Source: Acanthaster planci (taxonomy: Eukaryota). Taken from it: a stretch of 64,000 nucleotides of DNA. A program made the translations under genes and the position numbers. Below are positions 13,501 through 26,000 of this stretch, one piece after another (positions within the stretch are counted from its first letter, which is position 1; every line of letters starts with the position of its first letter). Below the pieces are notes generated by a model that saw only the letters and a program-made list of their open reading frames with translations, did no database searches and was not told the DNA's origin. The DNA is taken from NCBI RefSeq assembly GCF_001949145.1, contig NW_019091355.1, positions 2,007,107-2,071,106 on the forward strand. The letters run 5' to 3'.

Positions 13501-16500
13501 CTGGGAACCCATTTTTCTCCTCAAAAATTGCTCTCTTTTTTTAAACAGAATTTATTGTCAACTAGAATTTTAAAAAATGGGAAATTTTTGAAAGTAGGAA
13601 ATTTTGTACATGTACCTGTATGTACATATACATGTACATGTATGTACATTTGCACTTTTGTTAATGTGTTCAGTTTTTTTCACCTCAACCGACCGATCCC
13701 CAACCAGCCAAAATCCAACACCAGGGTTTGTTGGAATCTGTTTGGATCAACACTGGACTAGTGTTAAAGTAAACTGACTGAGTTTTACGTGGGACAATGC
13801 CATTAACACAGTCCAGTTGCTCACATACATGTACATGTACATTATAAATGTACAGTTTAACATGATATTACATGTATGTTGTTGGGATTCACAAACATGT
13901 ACATACATGTATGTACCGGCATGTACGGTACATCTACATGTATGAAGAAGGTTCCTGCTAAGTCGCTTGAGGGAGTTAGGGTTAAATATATTGCAAAGTT
14001 CATATCAAAGACTCATACCAATAGAAAATCCCACAGGAAATAAAATGTAGTCATCATCTGATTAATAGACATCCTGCTTGTGTGATGATGAGTCTAACGG
14101 GTACCGCGTGTACATTAAAAAAAACACATGAGTCACATGAATTGCTGATGTGCCTTGTTAACAGTACCTTTGCTGCTCAAGTGCCATCTTACAGTGTCAT
14201 ACTTTTCACGTAAATTCACAATTTGATTTTAAAAAATGAAGATTGTAAACATTTTAATGATTATTAAAGGTGTCGGAGAGCACTTTCTTGGTACTACATG
14301 TACTACTGGGACATTGTATGGTACAATTTTAAAGGTGTAGTCCCACATTTTCTGTTCATGAAGTACCATAACTGACAAAATTATTGTTAAATTTTCTAGT
14401 TTACTTTGTTTGAAAAATATTCACGGGACTAATTAAGCTCCATGTAGAATAATTCTTTCAAGGAAGCTGTCATTTTGAAGAAATCAACGAAGGAAGGCCA
14501 TTTCTAGTGATGTGTCGAAATATGCGTTTTGGAAAATGCCCTTTGTCATTTTAAGCATTGACACCATGCACAAACGGTTGCCATAAGTTGTTTGTTCAGT
14601 AAATTTATCAAGCTGCAATCGGCTGAATTGGGCACAATTTAAACCATGACACTGCAACTTTTGAATTGTAATCAAAATCCTAGCACTGGTATATTTTTCT
14701 TGAGACCTCATACATGTACATGTAGGTTAGTTGTAAAGCACCTTTATTCAGATTATGAGCAATTTGTTCATTTCAGACGACCATAATGCACGGATGACAA
14801 ATGACAGACTGTACCTTTTAATGCACAATGTTATTTGCTTACAAGATGTGTACAGGGTACATGTACATTGGTGTACTGCACTTGTACTTGCTGAATGAAA
14901 AACTGCATCAAGGATTCCATAGATCAAAAACATATATATTTATTTACATGTATATCAGTCATGTGACTTTTCCTTGGATCAGCTGATTTCCTTGTTTTTC
15001 ACTTCACGCTCATGCGGCATTGACAATTAAAGAAGACTGTACAAAGTCTGGTAAAGCCTCTGGAATTTTCTTGTGTTTTGGGGGTCAAAGTAAGTCCAAG
15101 TTGCATGTCTGCGTATACTTGCGTACATGCACTGGTACTAACCAAAAATATCTCCCCCTTACATGCACTGGTACTAACCAAAAAATATCTTCCCCTTACA
15201 TGCACTGGTACTAACCAAAAATATCTCCCCCTTACATGCACTGGTACTAACCAAAAATATCTCCCCCTCCCCTCCCCCCTTTCCTAGATGATTTGGGGAA
15301 GGCGGTTGAGAAGTTACAGCTGAATACTGAGGAGGGCGATCCCGTGTCATGCCTTGACTGCATGCTACAAGCATTGGAACAAGACGGTAATACCGGTACA
15401 GTGCATTGTATTATGTTGTGGCTGGTTCACTGTTAATTCAGGTGATTGACAATAGTGCGCCTCCGAGAGTTTGCAACGACGCGTTGGCGCGAAATCTGTC
15501 GACCCTTTCCAAACGCGCGTTGGGTCGACAGATTTCACGCATTGTGATTGGCCAACGCGTTGCAAACTCTTGGGTGCGCACTAATGTCAATCGCCCATAT
15601 TTTTATGTAGTGCTAGAGTTGCCAGAAAGTACAATGTACATGCACATGTTGGATTTTATTCACCAACCGGATGCAATTTGGCCAAGGTCTGAAACAGTCT
15701 TTCATGTCTGGTGTGTGCTTTCCTCAAAAGTGTGTCATGGCCTTAACCTCCAACACAAATGATTTCCCCTGCTAGAAGGTGCCATTCCCAATCAGTGGTT
15801 TCCGCCATCTTCATGTACCATTCATTTCTGCATGGCTACAATAACTTTAAAAAAGTAAAGGAAAGCATAAATATTACTTGAATTGCCAGTCAGATCTGAT
15901 ACACGTAGCTTTGTGCAAAATGTAGCAAAAATCTTCCACTCCGCATTCTTTGAACTACATGTACATGTACACTTTTAGGGGCATTAAAATCTGGCACAGT
16001 ACATATCAATGTCTACGCAGTTGGTTAATTGATATGCACCTGTACATGTACATTCTTTAATTCTGCAAAATCCTTCGTAACCTCCTGTTGGGTTTTGAAG
16101 AGTTGTATTAGTGTATAAGGTTGCAGTGCAGTAACAGAAATCATCACGACAAATTGAGGATGAGCAACCTGTGATATGACCGGTGTGGGCAATTCTGGGC
16201 CTATTGTTGGCCTACGCTCTAAATTTTCATCATTTTTTGTGACATGTTTAGTTGAGGAATCCAGTGCTCGTCTCCTAAGCCTGGGGACGGTAGCAATTCT
16301 GACAGAACAGCTGAAGCAAACAGACAAGGAAATTTCCCTGGGGAGGATCTGCAACATCATTGCTGAGATGGCCAAAAATGGCAAGTCTATCAACTTTCTC
16401 ATTTCGCAAAATGGTGATATCCACAGTCTGTGCTTGTGAACAACTGACCAATAAGTGTTTCAGTACTTACTGGTAAGCACTTATCCATCCACGAGCCAAT

Positions 16501-19500
16501 GGCCTTCACAGAATTTTGTGCAGGAAGTAAAGGCATGGCAAAGCCTTGTGGGTAACATACAGTACATGTACCGTACATGTAACATGGACTAACTTAATAT
16601 AAGTGCCAAAAGTACATTTTATTATGTGCAGTCGTCATGGCAACGCACATGTCAAAATGCTGACCATTGTTGTTTCAAAGACAGTGCTTGTCAAAAAAAC
16701 TGGTTACCATTCCCTTAAATGCTGAGATCCCCAAGATCAACACGGTCACAGGTGATAGAAATGAACAATTTCCCAGTTCTTCTGTTATTGGATATCATCC
16801 CAGCACATTGGGAAAATAAACCAAATACTTGCCTTTTGCAGAGAGCATTCGCGATCCTTTCGTAGATGCGGGCATCATCCCCACCCTGAATGGCTTGCTG
16901 TCACACCAGGACCAAGATGTAGTGATACAGGCATGCCGAGCACTGGGGAACATCTGCTGTGACCATGGTAAGTTGAAAAATTGATGAATAATTAAAACAT
17001 GACTACAGGGTGCCTTCCTAAATTCTTCTGAAATACCAAATAATTTTTTTAAATAACTGTTCGTCGTAATTTTAATCCTTTTAAAACGTATGCATGTAAT
17101 TCTGTGCAAAATGATGTAGATCGCTTCATTTCCAAATTGAAGTCGGAAGAATGAATGTACCGGTTGGGCAGCATCAGAGGGCTGTCTTTGAGAACAAAAA
17201 CATGCACCTGTACAAATAGATACAGGGAACTACAATTTGATTAAAATTTTTGGACAAGAAGTAATAGTCTCTTCAGAAATGTTGTTCTTCCTCCATGCAT
17301 CGCTGAAATGTTCCACCACGTGATATTCTATTTGCCAGACGAGGCCCGGCAAACCATCCATGATACAGAGGGGGTAGAACGACTACTGGAATTGCTGAAA
17401 TCAAGATCCGTCACACCCGACACCGACTCAATCAATCAGAAGGTCCGAGTGGTTGCTAGTGGTTACCTGATGAATCTTACTTATGCCAATGGTGAGCTTT
17501 CAGGAGCATTTGTTACATATACATCAAATACAAAATTTGATTATTACAGTTGATCAAGAACTATTTGCTCATAAATCCATTGGATTTTTACTTAGTATTA
17601 CACGTAGTTCGTTATTTCCATCGTGCTGAAAGTGCTGTTAAAAGGTCCATTAATTCATAAACAGTACCCTAAAATGGACTACACTGCAACATTCTTGTTC
17701 TGAGTGCATGTTACCGTAATTTCGGTGTTCGATTATCCTTTGTTTTACCAAAGAACTCTTTGATCCAACATAGGCATACTCCAGACTAAAGTCAGAATGC
17801 AAGGGGGCATTGACCTCCTCGTGTTGCTCATGAAGAACTTCCCGGACGACATCAACCTGTGCGGCAAGGTCATCATGTGCATCGGCAACATTGCTGAGCT
17901 TGGTGAGTTGTCAGATGTTGCGCAGTGATATAGTCAAGTCCTTCACAAATGCCAATTGGTGGGGTTTAAACATGGCACGTTTGAAATTACAGCTGATAGG
18001 CTAGACAGCGCCGTTGAATTTTTGGCTAGAGGGTGCTGCTGCAGTGTACATGAATGTCTCAGCCTTGAATCCAAGTTCAAGTCCTTTTGCCGAACTTGTG
18101 CCTCATCTATTCAATTTAATTTCCGAAGTGATTCTACATTCAACATTTTGATCTGTCAATTTCAATTAAAAACACGCTCTCTGTTGTTTCCACTTGGAGC
18201 AGATTACAAATTAGTCTTCTCTCCATACTTTTTATTCCAGATGAGAACAAGGTAGGCTTTGTTAACTGTGGCATCACAGAGCTTCTCATCAAGGCACTTA
18301 AGATGGTTGGCGATGATGATCAGTTGGAGACAGTCTTTGAAGTCATCGCAACCCTGGCTGAAAACGGTACATGTACATACACCTTAAGTCCCCCATTAAT
18401 AGAGAATTTGTTTTTTTTCTATGACACTTAAAAGTCTTATAGTTGAGTACTTAACAAGTACTTCACAAATGCTCAACCAGTACATGTAATTACATATGCA
18501 AGTCTTCAGAAGTAGTTACAAGTACTCCAGCCTTGATGTGAGTTTGGAACTGTGACAGAAATACTCTTCTGTTATTTTTCACTGCAGTTTAGTAGACATG
18601 ACGGTACTCTTGATTAGTAGTGTAGAGTACTAGTGAAGTACTTTTTTTGTACTTGAGTTAATTACCTGACTGCTAGACACTTGGACTTGATTAATCTTCA
18701 TTTTGTTCTCACCTTAGATGCCATGAAGCTTGAGTTTGCCAAGGCCGACTTGGTACCGACCGTTCAGGATGTGGTGGACAATTTCATGAAGCAGGAGTCG
18801 GCTGGAGGCAGCCAGTCGGACGAGGACTTTGACATTGAGAGAGTGGCCAGTGACATCATCATCTTGCTGCTGACTGGAGGTGAAAATTTGATAGTTATGA
18901 ACTCCATTGAACTGGTCTACCTGCATTGTGTGGACGTCTTTTGTTTGCAGGTCCACACAAAGAACAAGAAGCCGGTATTTACACAGAGCACATTGTCCAT
19001 TTGTCTGGTATTTTAATAATGAGGCCAAAGCAATTCACCTGTTTCAAATGACCTCTTTGCAGATGAGAGTATGAAATACCTCTTCAATGAGGGTCAAGGG
19101 TCACTATTCAAGATGGTCATGTCTGACTGGATTAAGTCTCCCACTGACCTCTACCAAATATCCGGTGCGCTGGCTATCGGCAACTTCGCAAGAAACGGTG
19201 AGTGTTTAACCCATTTGATATTGCAGTCCACAGTTGAACATTGGTCTCAGATGAAATAATAACAACCATTGACACATAAGCATAGTGCAGAAGATTAGTA
19301 AAAAAGTGTACAATGCCGTGTGCTTTTTCCCTTCGCATACTTTTATAACCTCATATTATTGTATCTCTTAATTGTATACTGATCCTTTGAGATCACACTT
19401 CAAAGTTACCGAAGCTGCCGTTTGTTGATGGCCATTACCTGAGACACATCCACAACTTTTTTCCTGATATAGTCTCTGCGATGTAGACAACCAGATGAAA

Positions 19501-22316
19501 AGGTCACATGATCTAATCCGTGGACGTTTTGGATTTGTTCCCCAGTGTAGCATCAACTAACAGTTTAGTCAGACCGTGGACGCTTCTAGGCTAAATGTCT
19601 CAATTTTTTATGAATTTTTCTCTGAGCAGATGAGCACTGTATCAAACTGGTAGAGCTTGGCGTGTTGGGACCCTTGCTACAGCTCCTGAAAAGACCGGAA
19701 GGAGAGGAGCTGGACATGAGACTGGGTCATGCAGTGCTCAGTGCTCTCAAGAACCTTGCTATACCAAGTAGGTCAACCTTTGTCTTGCCGAGGGCTCAAT
19801 ATAAGTATTGTGGACTGGGCTAGAACTGAGTACTGGGCACCCTCACAAATTGAAAGTTGGTCACCTGCTCTGTGTACATGTAATGTGTTGCCCCACAGGG
19901 ATGCATTGGTGTGTTGAAACTTGATCTCCCTTGTTTAGAGCAAAGAGCCAACTCTCCCGGATTTTTCTTCCACCTCCCTGCACATGTCAAAAATCTTCTG
20001 GATTGTTCATTTTGCATGCAATTTTATACTTACTTGTCTTCTTTACCTGTAGTAAAACTTTTTTAAAATCTTCATAACTTTTCTTTTATCTGTACAGAGG
20101 TCAACAAGCCCTTGCTGCTGGAAGCTGGTATCTTAGACGTAATTTTACCCCTTCTGAAATTAGAGATGCATCCAGTTGTATTTAAGCTATTAGGAACGTG
20201 CAGAATGCTTATTGATGGCCAAGGTAAGCTGCGTGTTTTTAAGGGGAGGCATTGTTATATGCAATACCAACTTTTGTAATTACAAAACCCACACAGATTT
20301 ACAAACGTTTCCTAAGTCACACTTTCCAAATGAAAAGAAAGGACACAAAGTTTACGGGACACAAAATCTTACCTTTATGAGCCTTGCTGGTCCAAAGGGT
20401 GCCATCATTTGTTCAGACATCAACAAGTTTTGGCAGATCCAGCTTTTAAGCAAAAAGACAAAAGGGTTAAGAGCCTGTTTCTTGCAACCAAGGAAATTGT
20501 TTTCATGATTTTGTTTCAGAAATTTTTGTTGTCATTTTACCAATATTTGTGTAGGGGAAACAGCAGTGTCCTTGGGTTGTAATGCTGAATTTATTGAGAG
20601 GGTTGCTGACCTCAGTGACTGCCAGATACACGCTGGTGTAGCAGGAGAAGCTAATAGGTATTTTCCATGTTTGATGTTGTCCTTCTATTTACAAAGGAAT
20701 TTCATTCTAGAAACCCAGAGAAAGAAAAATGGCTCCTTCAGTTTGTGCCAGAGAGGTTTTAGAGACAGTACAGTGTTACAGTCCAAGATCCTAACATGAA
20801 TTCTTGGATTTTTATTTTGTGAAATTGGATTTACTAAAAATGGAGCTAATGGAAAGTTTTCTCAAACTACACTGGCCTAGCAAAACTCATCATGATTTTG
20901 TATACAGCCCCTTAAGCAAATTTTGTTAGTTATTCGTGGTCAGTGTGCATGGGGGGTTATAATAATGGTATTTTTTGTTTTCCCTTGTGTCTGGAAACTG
21001 GCAGGTTACTAGCGGCACTCATTAAACACTCGGCCAACACCCAGGTCATGCACTGCATCATTGAGCACGGCGGGATGCCTCGCCTGGTTGCCATGGCGAT
21101 GAGTGAGCACACACTCATGCAGAATGAGGCATTGATAGCACTCACCCTCCTCTCCTCTACACAGTTGGGTAGGGCCGGTTTGAAAAATAGTTATTCTCTA
21201 CAGAAGATATCTTGTTTTTCCTTGCTGTCCATTAACAACAGCTCTGCCTTTGCGTGCACTTGCTGCTTAGCCCAACCCAAACTCAAACCCAAAAAACACA
21301 ACTCGAAACCCGACCAAAGCAAAACCGAAAATCCAAACCAAACCCGAACCAATATCCCCTAAAACCTGAAACCAAAACTCCAAGTAAAACTCAAAGCAAA
21401 ACCCAACCAACATCCAAACCAAACCAGAAGCAAAATCCCTTAAAACCCGAGACCAAAACCCAAAAAGAAATGGAAGAGGTTCGGACCCTCTGCATTTTCA
21501 GTGTTTCCTTACAGCAGTGCTTTTTATATTGAGAGTCGATCACATTCGTTGGTTAATTCAGAAAAAGCATAGAATATTATTTGGTACAAGGAATAACACA
21601 CCACAGGGTTTTCGTCAGAGCAGTTACAAATGGGTTAATGACCCTCTAATTCTGCCTTCCTGGACTGGTTTCAGATCCCTCAGCCGTGCAAGCCCTCATG
21701 GATGCCAATCTGCTGGGGATGGTTAGCAGGGTCCTAAAGGCGAACACCACTGCCCCTGAGATTCAGTGCAATGTTCTTTCCCTCGTGGGCTTTCTAACAC
21801 AGTCAGGTGAGTGTTTGGACCATTCCATTCCACAGAAGGGAAGATAAATTACCAGTTTGCAAAGGGAAATATTATTCTCCAACCTTGATGAACTCAGGCA
21901 CGGTTTCAATATAGTTTTAGAGCTTACATTCAGAGTGTTTCAAGAAAAAGTCCATCTTGTAAATATGGAAGACTTGGTAATGAAAGTTTTTTGTATTTTA
22001 TGTAGTCAATTAATTCAGGATAAAGTTACTTTGTGTCATTTTATTATGAAACAAGCAATCTCTACAAAAAACAGGCTTTTGGGTTTGTTTTGTGTGAGTA
22101 GTTTGTTTTATTTTGCCATGGGATTGTTTTCTCAATTTCTCAATCAACCTGTTTAAGTTTCTTCATGTCTTTCAAGACCTTTCAATTCTCCCACTAGATG
22201 TTCTAAAAGAGGTGATGATTCAAGGTGATCTGCTCGAGGCAATCAACATGCTGGCGTCAAGCAACATTGAGGCAGTACGCAGGAAAGCCGCGAACGTACG
22301 AGAGCATTTTACATGA
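10593..22316 (+). CDS. RAP1GDS1: Rap1 GTPase-GDP dissociation stimulator 1 (SmgGDS), armadillo-repeat chaperone/GEF for small GTPases; 15 coding exons, about 614 aa
   Basis: Coding exons: 10593-10596 (CACCATGG|GTGAGT), 15288-15386, 16252-16380, 16842-16967, 17339-17491, 17774-17902, 18241-18366, 18718-18879, 19063-19197, 19630-19767, 20098-20223, 20555-20657, 21005-21168, 21675-21806, 22198-22316 (TGA). All join in frame (1845 nt). Peptides CLDCMLQAL, NIIAEMAKNE, QACRALGNICCD, LLLTGDESMKYLF, GALAIGNFARND, LSALKNLAIP, FKLLGTCRMLIDGQ, HAGVAGEANRLLAALIKHS and SEHTLMQNEALIAL match vertebrate SmgGDS as recalled. The 4-nt first coding exon is the least certain part. Confidence 0.95.
10789..11046 (-). 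mobile_element. tRNA-derived SINE
   Basis: On the minus strand: A-box-like GTGGTTAGG, B-box GGTTCGAATCC (10994-11004), then CTCTCTCCACCCAGGAGTATAAATGGGTACC and CCTGCGATGGACTGGCATCCCATCCAGGGG, which resemble conserved central domains of marine-invertebrate SINEs, then a LINE-like 3' tail. Confidence 0.8.
13400..13945. repeat. Dense (TACATG)n / TACATGTA low-complexity cluster
   Basis: Many adjacent TACATG/CATGTA units in the RAP1GDS1 intron, e.g. 13606-13648 and 13826-13942. Confidence 0.7.
15124..15268 (+). repeat. 36-bp minisatellite, 4 copies, each carrying TACTAAC
   Basis: Unit TACATGCACTGGTACTAACCAAAAATATCTCCCCCT starts at 15124, 15160, 15197 and 15233. It abuts the polypyrimidine tract and AG (15286-15287) of RAP1GDS1 coding exon 2. 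Confidence 0.95.
15441..15595. mobile_element. Palindromic MITE / fold-back element (about 155 bp)
   Basis: Left arm GATTGACAATAGTGCGC..GAGTTTGCAACG..GCGTTGGC..GAAATCTGTCGACCC pairs with right arm GGGTCGACAGATTTC..GCCAACGCGTTGCAAACTC..GCGCACTAATGTCAATC. Confidence 0.75.
21271..21470. repeat. A/C-rich degenerate microsatellite (AAACC/AAACCC-like) in a RAP1GDS1 intron
   Basis: Run of CAAACCC/AAAACCG/CAAACC motifs; explains the spurious K/P/T/Q-rich ORF 21254-21532. Confidence 0.8.
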
Positions 22317-22570
22317 ACCACACGGCCTGCTTCGATGAGCCACTTTTTTGGTGGGAAGAGATTTCTTGCAAGATGACTGAAATGTAGGCCGCTAATTTAG
22401 CTGAAGCTTGAAAGTTTGATGCACGGAACAAGGAACCTTCCCCAGCAAACCCTTCTTATTGCTGCATGCGCACAACGGATACAGGCTTTTGCGTTGCCCT
22501 AGAAATTGCTGGCTGGTTTGCAAGTTTCCACATGAGGAACAGAGCATGTGACCCAGTAGTGTCACACAAC

Positions 22571-22965
22571 AGCAGAGGAGACATTGCCGAGGTTAAAGTT
22601 GCAACACTCAGAAACGAGTCCCAGGATATTTTGCTCCAATGGCAAGCACTTAAGTGCAAGAGATATGGGCTGTGATTATGTTAGCTACGATTTGGCACAG
22701 GATTTAGAGAGTTTGGTTTAATGAATGCCGGCGTTACTGCTGATGTTGGCGAAGTCATGTGGCAGTAGAGGAGACATTGTTGAAATTCAAGTTGAACGCA
22801 TGCATCTTCATTTACAAGAGGATGGGCTATAATTGAGGAAGACACTGTCGCACAGGATTTGGAAATCTGATTAAACGAATGGCAGGAACTCAGGTTTACG
22901 GCAGAGTTAAGCAGGATTGCAGGCTTGAAACTTCAGCATTGTGCAGCAGACCAGACATTTCAGAG
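22571..22965. repeat. Degenerate tandem repeat (about 180-195 bp period) in the putative RAP1GDS1 3' UTR
   Basis: AGCAGAGGAGACATTG (22571), AGTAGAGGAGACATTG (22764) and AGCAGACCAGACATTT (22945). The first two units also share AAGAG..ATGGGCT..GCACAGGATTT..GAATG blocks. Confidence 0.6.
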
Positions 22966-23038
22966 CAAGGTATCGGAATAAGTGAATGTACAAAAGCGTT
23001 TTCACACATTTGCTGGCAGTCCAAGTACATGCATATGA

Positions 23039-23044
23039 AATAAA
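23039..23044 (+). promoter_or_regulatory. Candidate polyadenylation signal of RAP1GDS1
   Basis: AATAAA about 720 nt after the stop codon; more distal sites may also be used. Confidence 0.35.
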
Positions 23045-26000
23045 TTGTAAATTACATCACAAGTGCAATATACTGTGAAGGAAGTCCACTTAACCACTTC
23101 ACAGAAAACCTAAAGCTGCAGAATACATGTAAAGGCACCTTGTAAAATACATTTAAAGACAATCTGTCCTTGTTAGAATGTGTCGTAGACCATGCATCGT
23201 TTGTTTCAGAACACAAGTGAGGATTTTAAAAACGACTGGACACGGCCTTTTTAGCAGTTACAGATATTCAAAAGAGTTACACTTAAGTAGAATGGAATTG
23301 CAGGTGTAAAACTATTTAGTAAAGGTGTGTTTACAATGGGCTTCAGTTTACAATCCAAAAAAGCAAACACATCTAAATTGCAGCATTAAAGGAATACATA
23401 ATGGAAACCTACATACAGAAGTTGGGAAGCTTGAGCACCATTGTTCATTTGGAACAACTGAGTCCCCAGCGTAATTAACAACATTGTCAAGCAGGTACAG
23501 TGAAGCGATGCAGAGTTTATGCTGGATGAGGCAAAAAATACTGGTACATGTACCGCAGCCGATAGATAGAGACTTGAAATGCACAGGAAAGCTTGCAACA
23601 TTACAAGGAATGTGGTGTTAAGCACATGCCAGTTTCATTCTGCCATGAATACTATGTTCTAGACAAGACTTACCATTGGATTTGATGAGGCATGTGTACT
23701 AGTAAGTTCAAAGTGCCAGGTTCAAATCCAACTTTGATTACCTATAATCTTGTTTCCCCCCAACGATCGGGACACTGGCTATACAGATACACATGGGACT
23801 AAAAGTTGGCTGAATTGGAGAAAGACATGTAAAGGCACGCACAAAACTGTAAGCGTAATGTGATGTACCAAATTACATAACGGAATGTCCTTCAAACGCA
23901 ACTCTGTTGATGTTTCATTTTTATTGTTGGAAGGATTGTTAGTGCAAGGGTTCCCAATTTTCTTATTCGGACAGGTTTGAGCACTTAAAGAGTTTTGAGA
24001 GTTTGGAAGCATTACATTTTGCATGAAAATGACTCAAAATTGTAACGGTTACTTCAGATACCATATATGGATTCTGAAATATTTGTCTATTCAGCAAAGA
24101 CTGTGAAAGCTACAGCTTAAGGGACGTTTAACTTTCTGTGAAGAGAACTCCTCAGTGATGACTGATACGATGACCTCTTTATGTTCAGAAATATTTGGCA
24201 GAGTTCCACAGCATATGCATATTATGTTGAGACACATTAGAACCTTGGATGATTCCTAGCGACAATCAGTTTTATACTGTTGAATGCGCTGCCAAAATTT
24301 TGAAGAAACTGAAACTAATTGGGCTAAAATATATCTAGATGTATGCAATGTCTAAACATGTACCTTGCTCACTCACTACACTTAGTTAATTCATGTAAAA
24401 TGTATGTATTGATGAAAGCAGCAAGCCAGCTGCACAAATGTATGGAATGTGCTACGTCTCATAGGTTGATTCAATCCTCACTATCATTAAGGATGGAAAT
24501 CAGTTACTATAGCAACTAATTTGATAGATTTGTACTCGTATTTTGTGTAACCGTAAGCTAAGATTCTTAGTAAGAAAGAAAAAATGAAAGCATATGCATT
24601 TCCTGTCTACCAAAGCTTTGAGGCAAAAAATTCAAGCCCAATGACAGTCCTTCACATACATGTACACTGGCTAGGTTGCTTTCAAACATTCCTGCAACAT
24701 ACTTCACGGAGCAGTATTTATGATTTCATTGAAAGGAATGCAAACACTCGAGGTGTACTTGTAGGAAGTATTGGTGCTTTGAAGAGCATTCACTTAACTT
24801 TGAAGTTACCGGCTACCAAACTTAACTGCCTTCTTATTGTATAAAATCATTGGGAAATAATGTTCAGCCCATTCAGGGTTTTGCATTTGTACGCTAAGCT
24901 ATTGCATTTTTGAAGATGCATGAAATTGTACAGATAACATAAATCGTGGTCTATAATGCACATACATGTAAAGTCTTGCCATGAAAGTTGCAGCAAATTG
25001 CGGGATAAGTGAATCTTCATGTAATTGTTAATTTACATCTAAAAATCTGTAAATGTCACGTACACTGTTAAAAATGAACATGTTGAAATCATGCATAAAC
25101 TGAGTTTTTATGCAATCAACACTTACAGTCTCTGGTTCTCGATTGGTGGCTGCCTCAAGCGCCTTATCTTTAGATTGATGTTATAGCAAGGGTGATCTAC
25201 ATATTTATATCCATTACCCAGTCTTGGTTCCATCTCGTCATTCGGGATCTCTTTGAACAAATGCCTGTTTATATGCCTGCTCGCAGGTGTTCTGCATGAT
25301 GCCAAAGCTATGGCTGCTGACTGATCCATTTTGGTTCATTAGTGTGACGTCACCTCAGTTTAAACCACGGCCACCGCAAATCGTTATATGGAACCGGAAG
25401 TTACTTAGGTGATTAACCAATTGAAACTTGCGCGTATAAGACGAAGTCACTTAAGAACCGGATTGCGTCACAGAAATGGCAGTCTTTTCACGAAATTGTT
25501 CTGTGTCAACAGACTGCAGTAAGCGTGTTCGTTTCCAATGCCACAGTACATGTTTCTGGCCGCTGCATGTCAGACGTTTGTGTGCGGAAGTTACACAAAA
25601 ATCATGAGTCTGATTGGCCACAAAACAATGAGACGGGGCTGTTAGCATTCTGATTGAACCCTGTACCAGGTTAGCGTCATGTTTAATACGAATGCAACGT
25701 TTACAGAAGCCCGTAGTTGAAAGTGGAGTTCACAATACTGAGTTGGTTTTTTTTAATTCAAGTCCCAGATAACAGCCTGTGAGTTACACATATGCGCACA
25801 GTCGGTGGTGTCTAAATCAAAACGGCTGTGGCAAGTAACACACCATTTGCGCATGTGCGAATTGAAACCAAAGCCTTAACTTTAAGACATTTCCTAAGAA
25901 TAGGCCGATCCATTAAGTTGTCGTTTGCATGTCCCGTTGCAGCCATTCCTATAAAGGCTGCTTGCTTATCCAAATTTTATGCATTGCTCTGTTAATTTGT

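Noticed and set aside
15124..15268. 36-bp repeats of CRISPR-like length
   Set aside because: The units are contiguous with no spacers, there are no cas genes, and the context is a eukaryotic intron.
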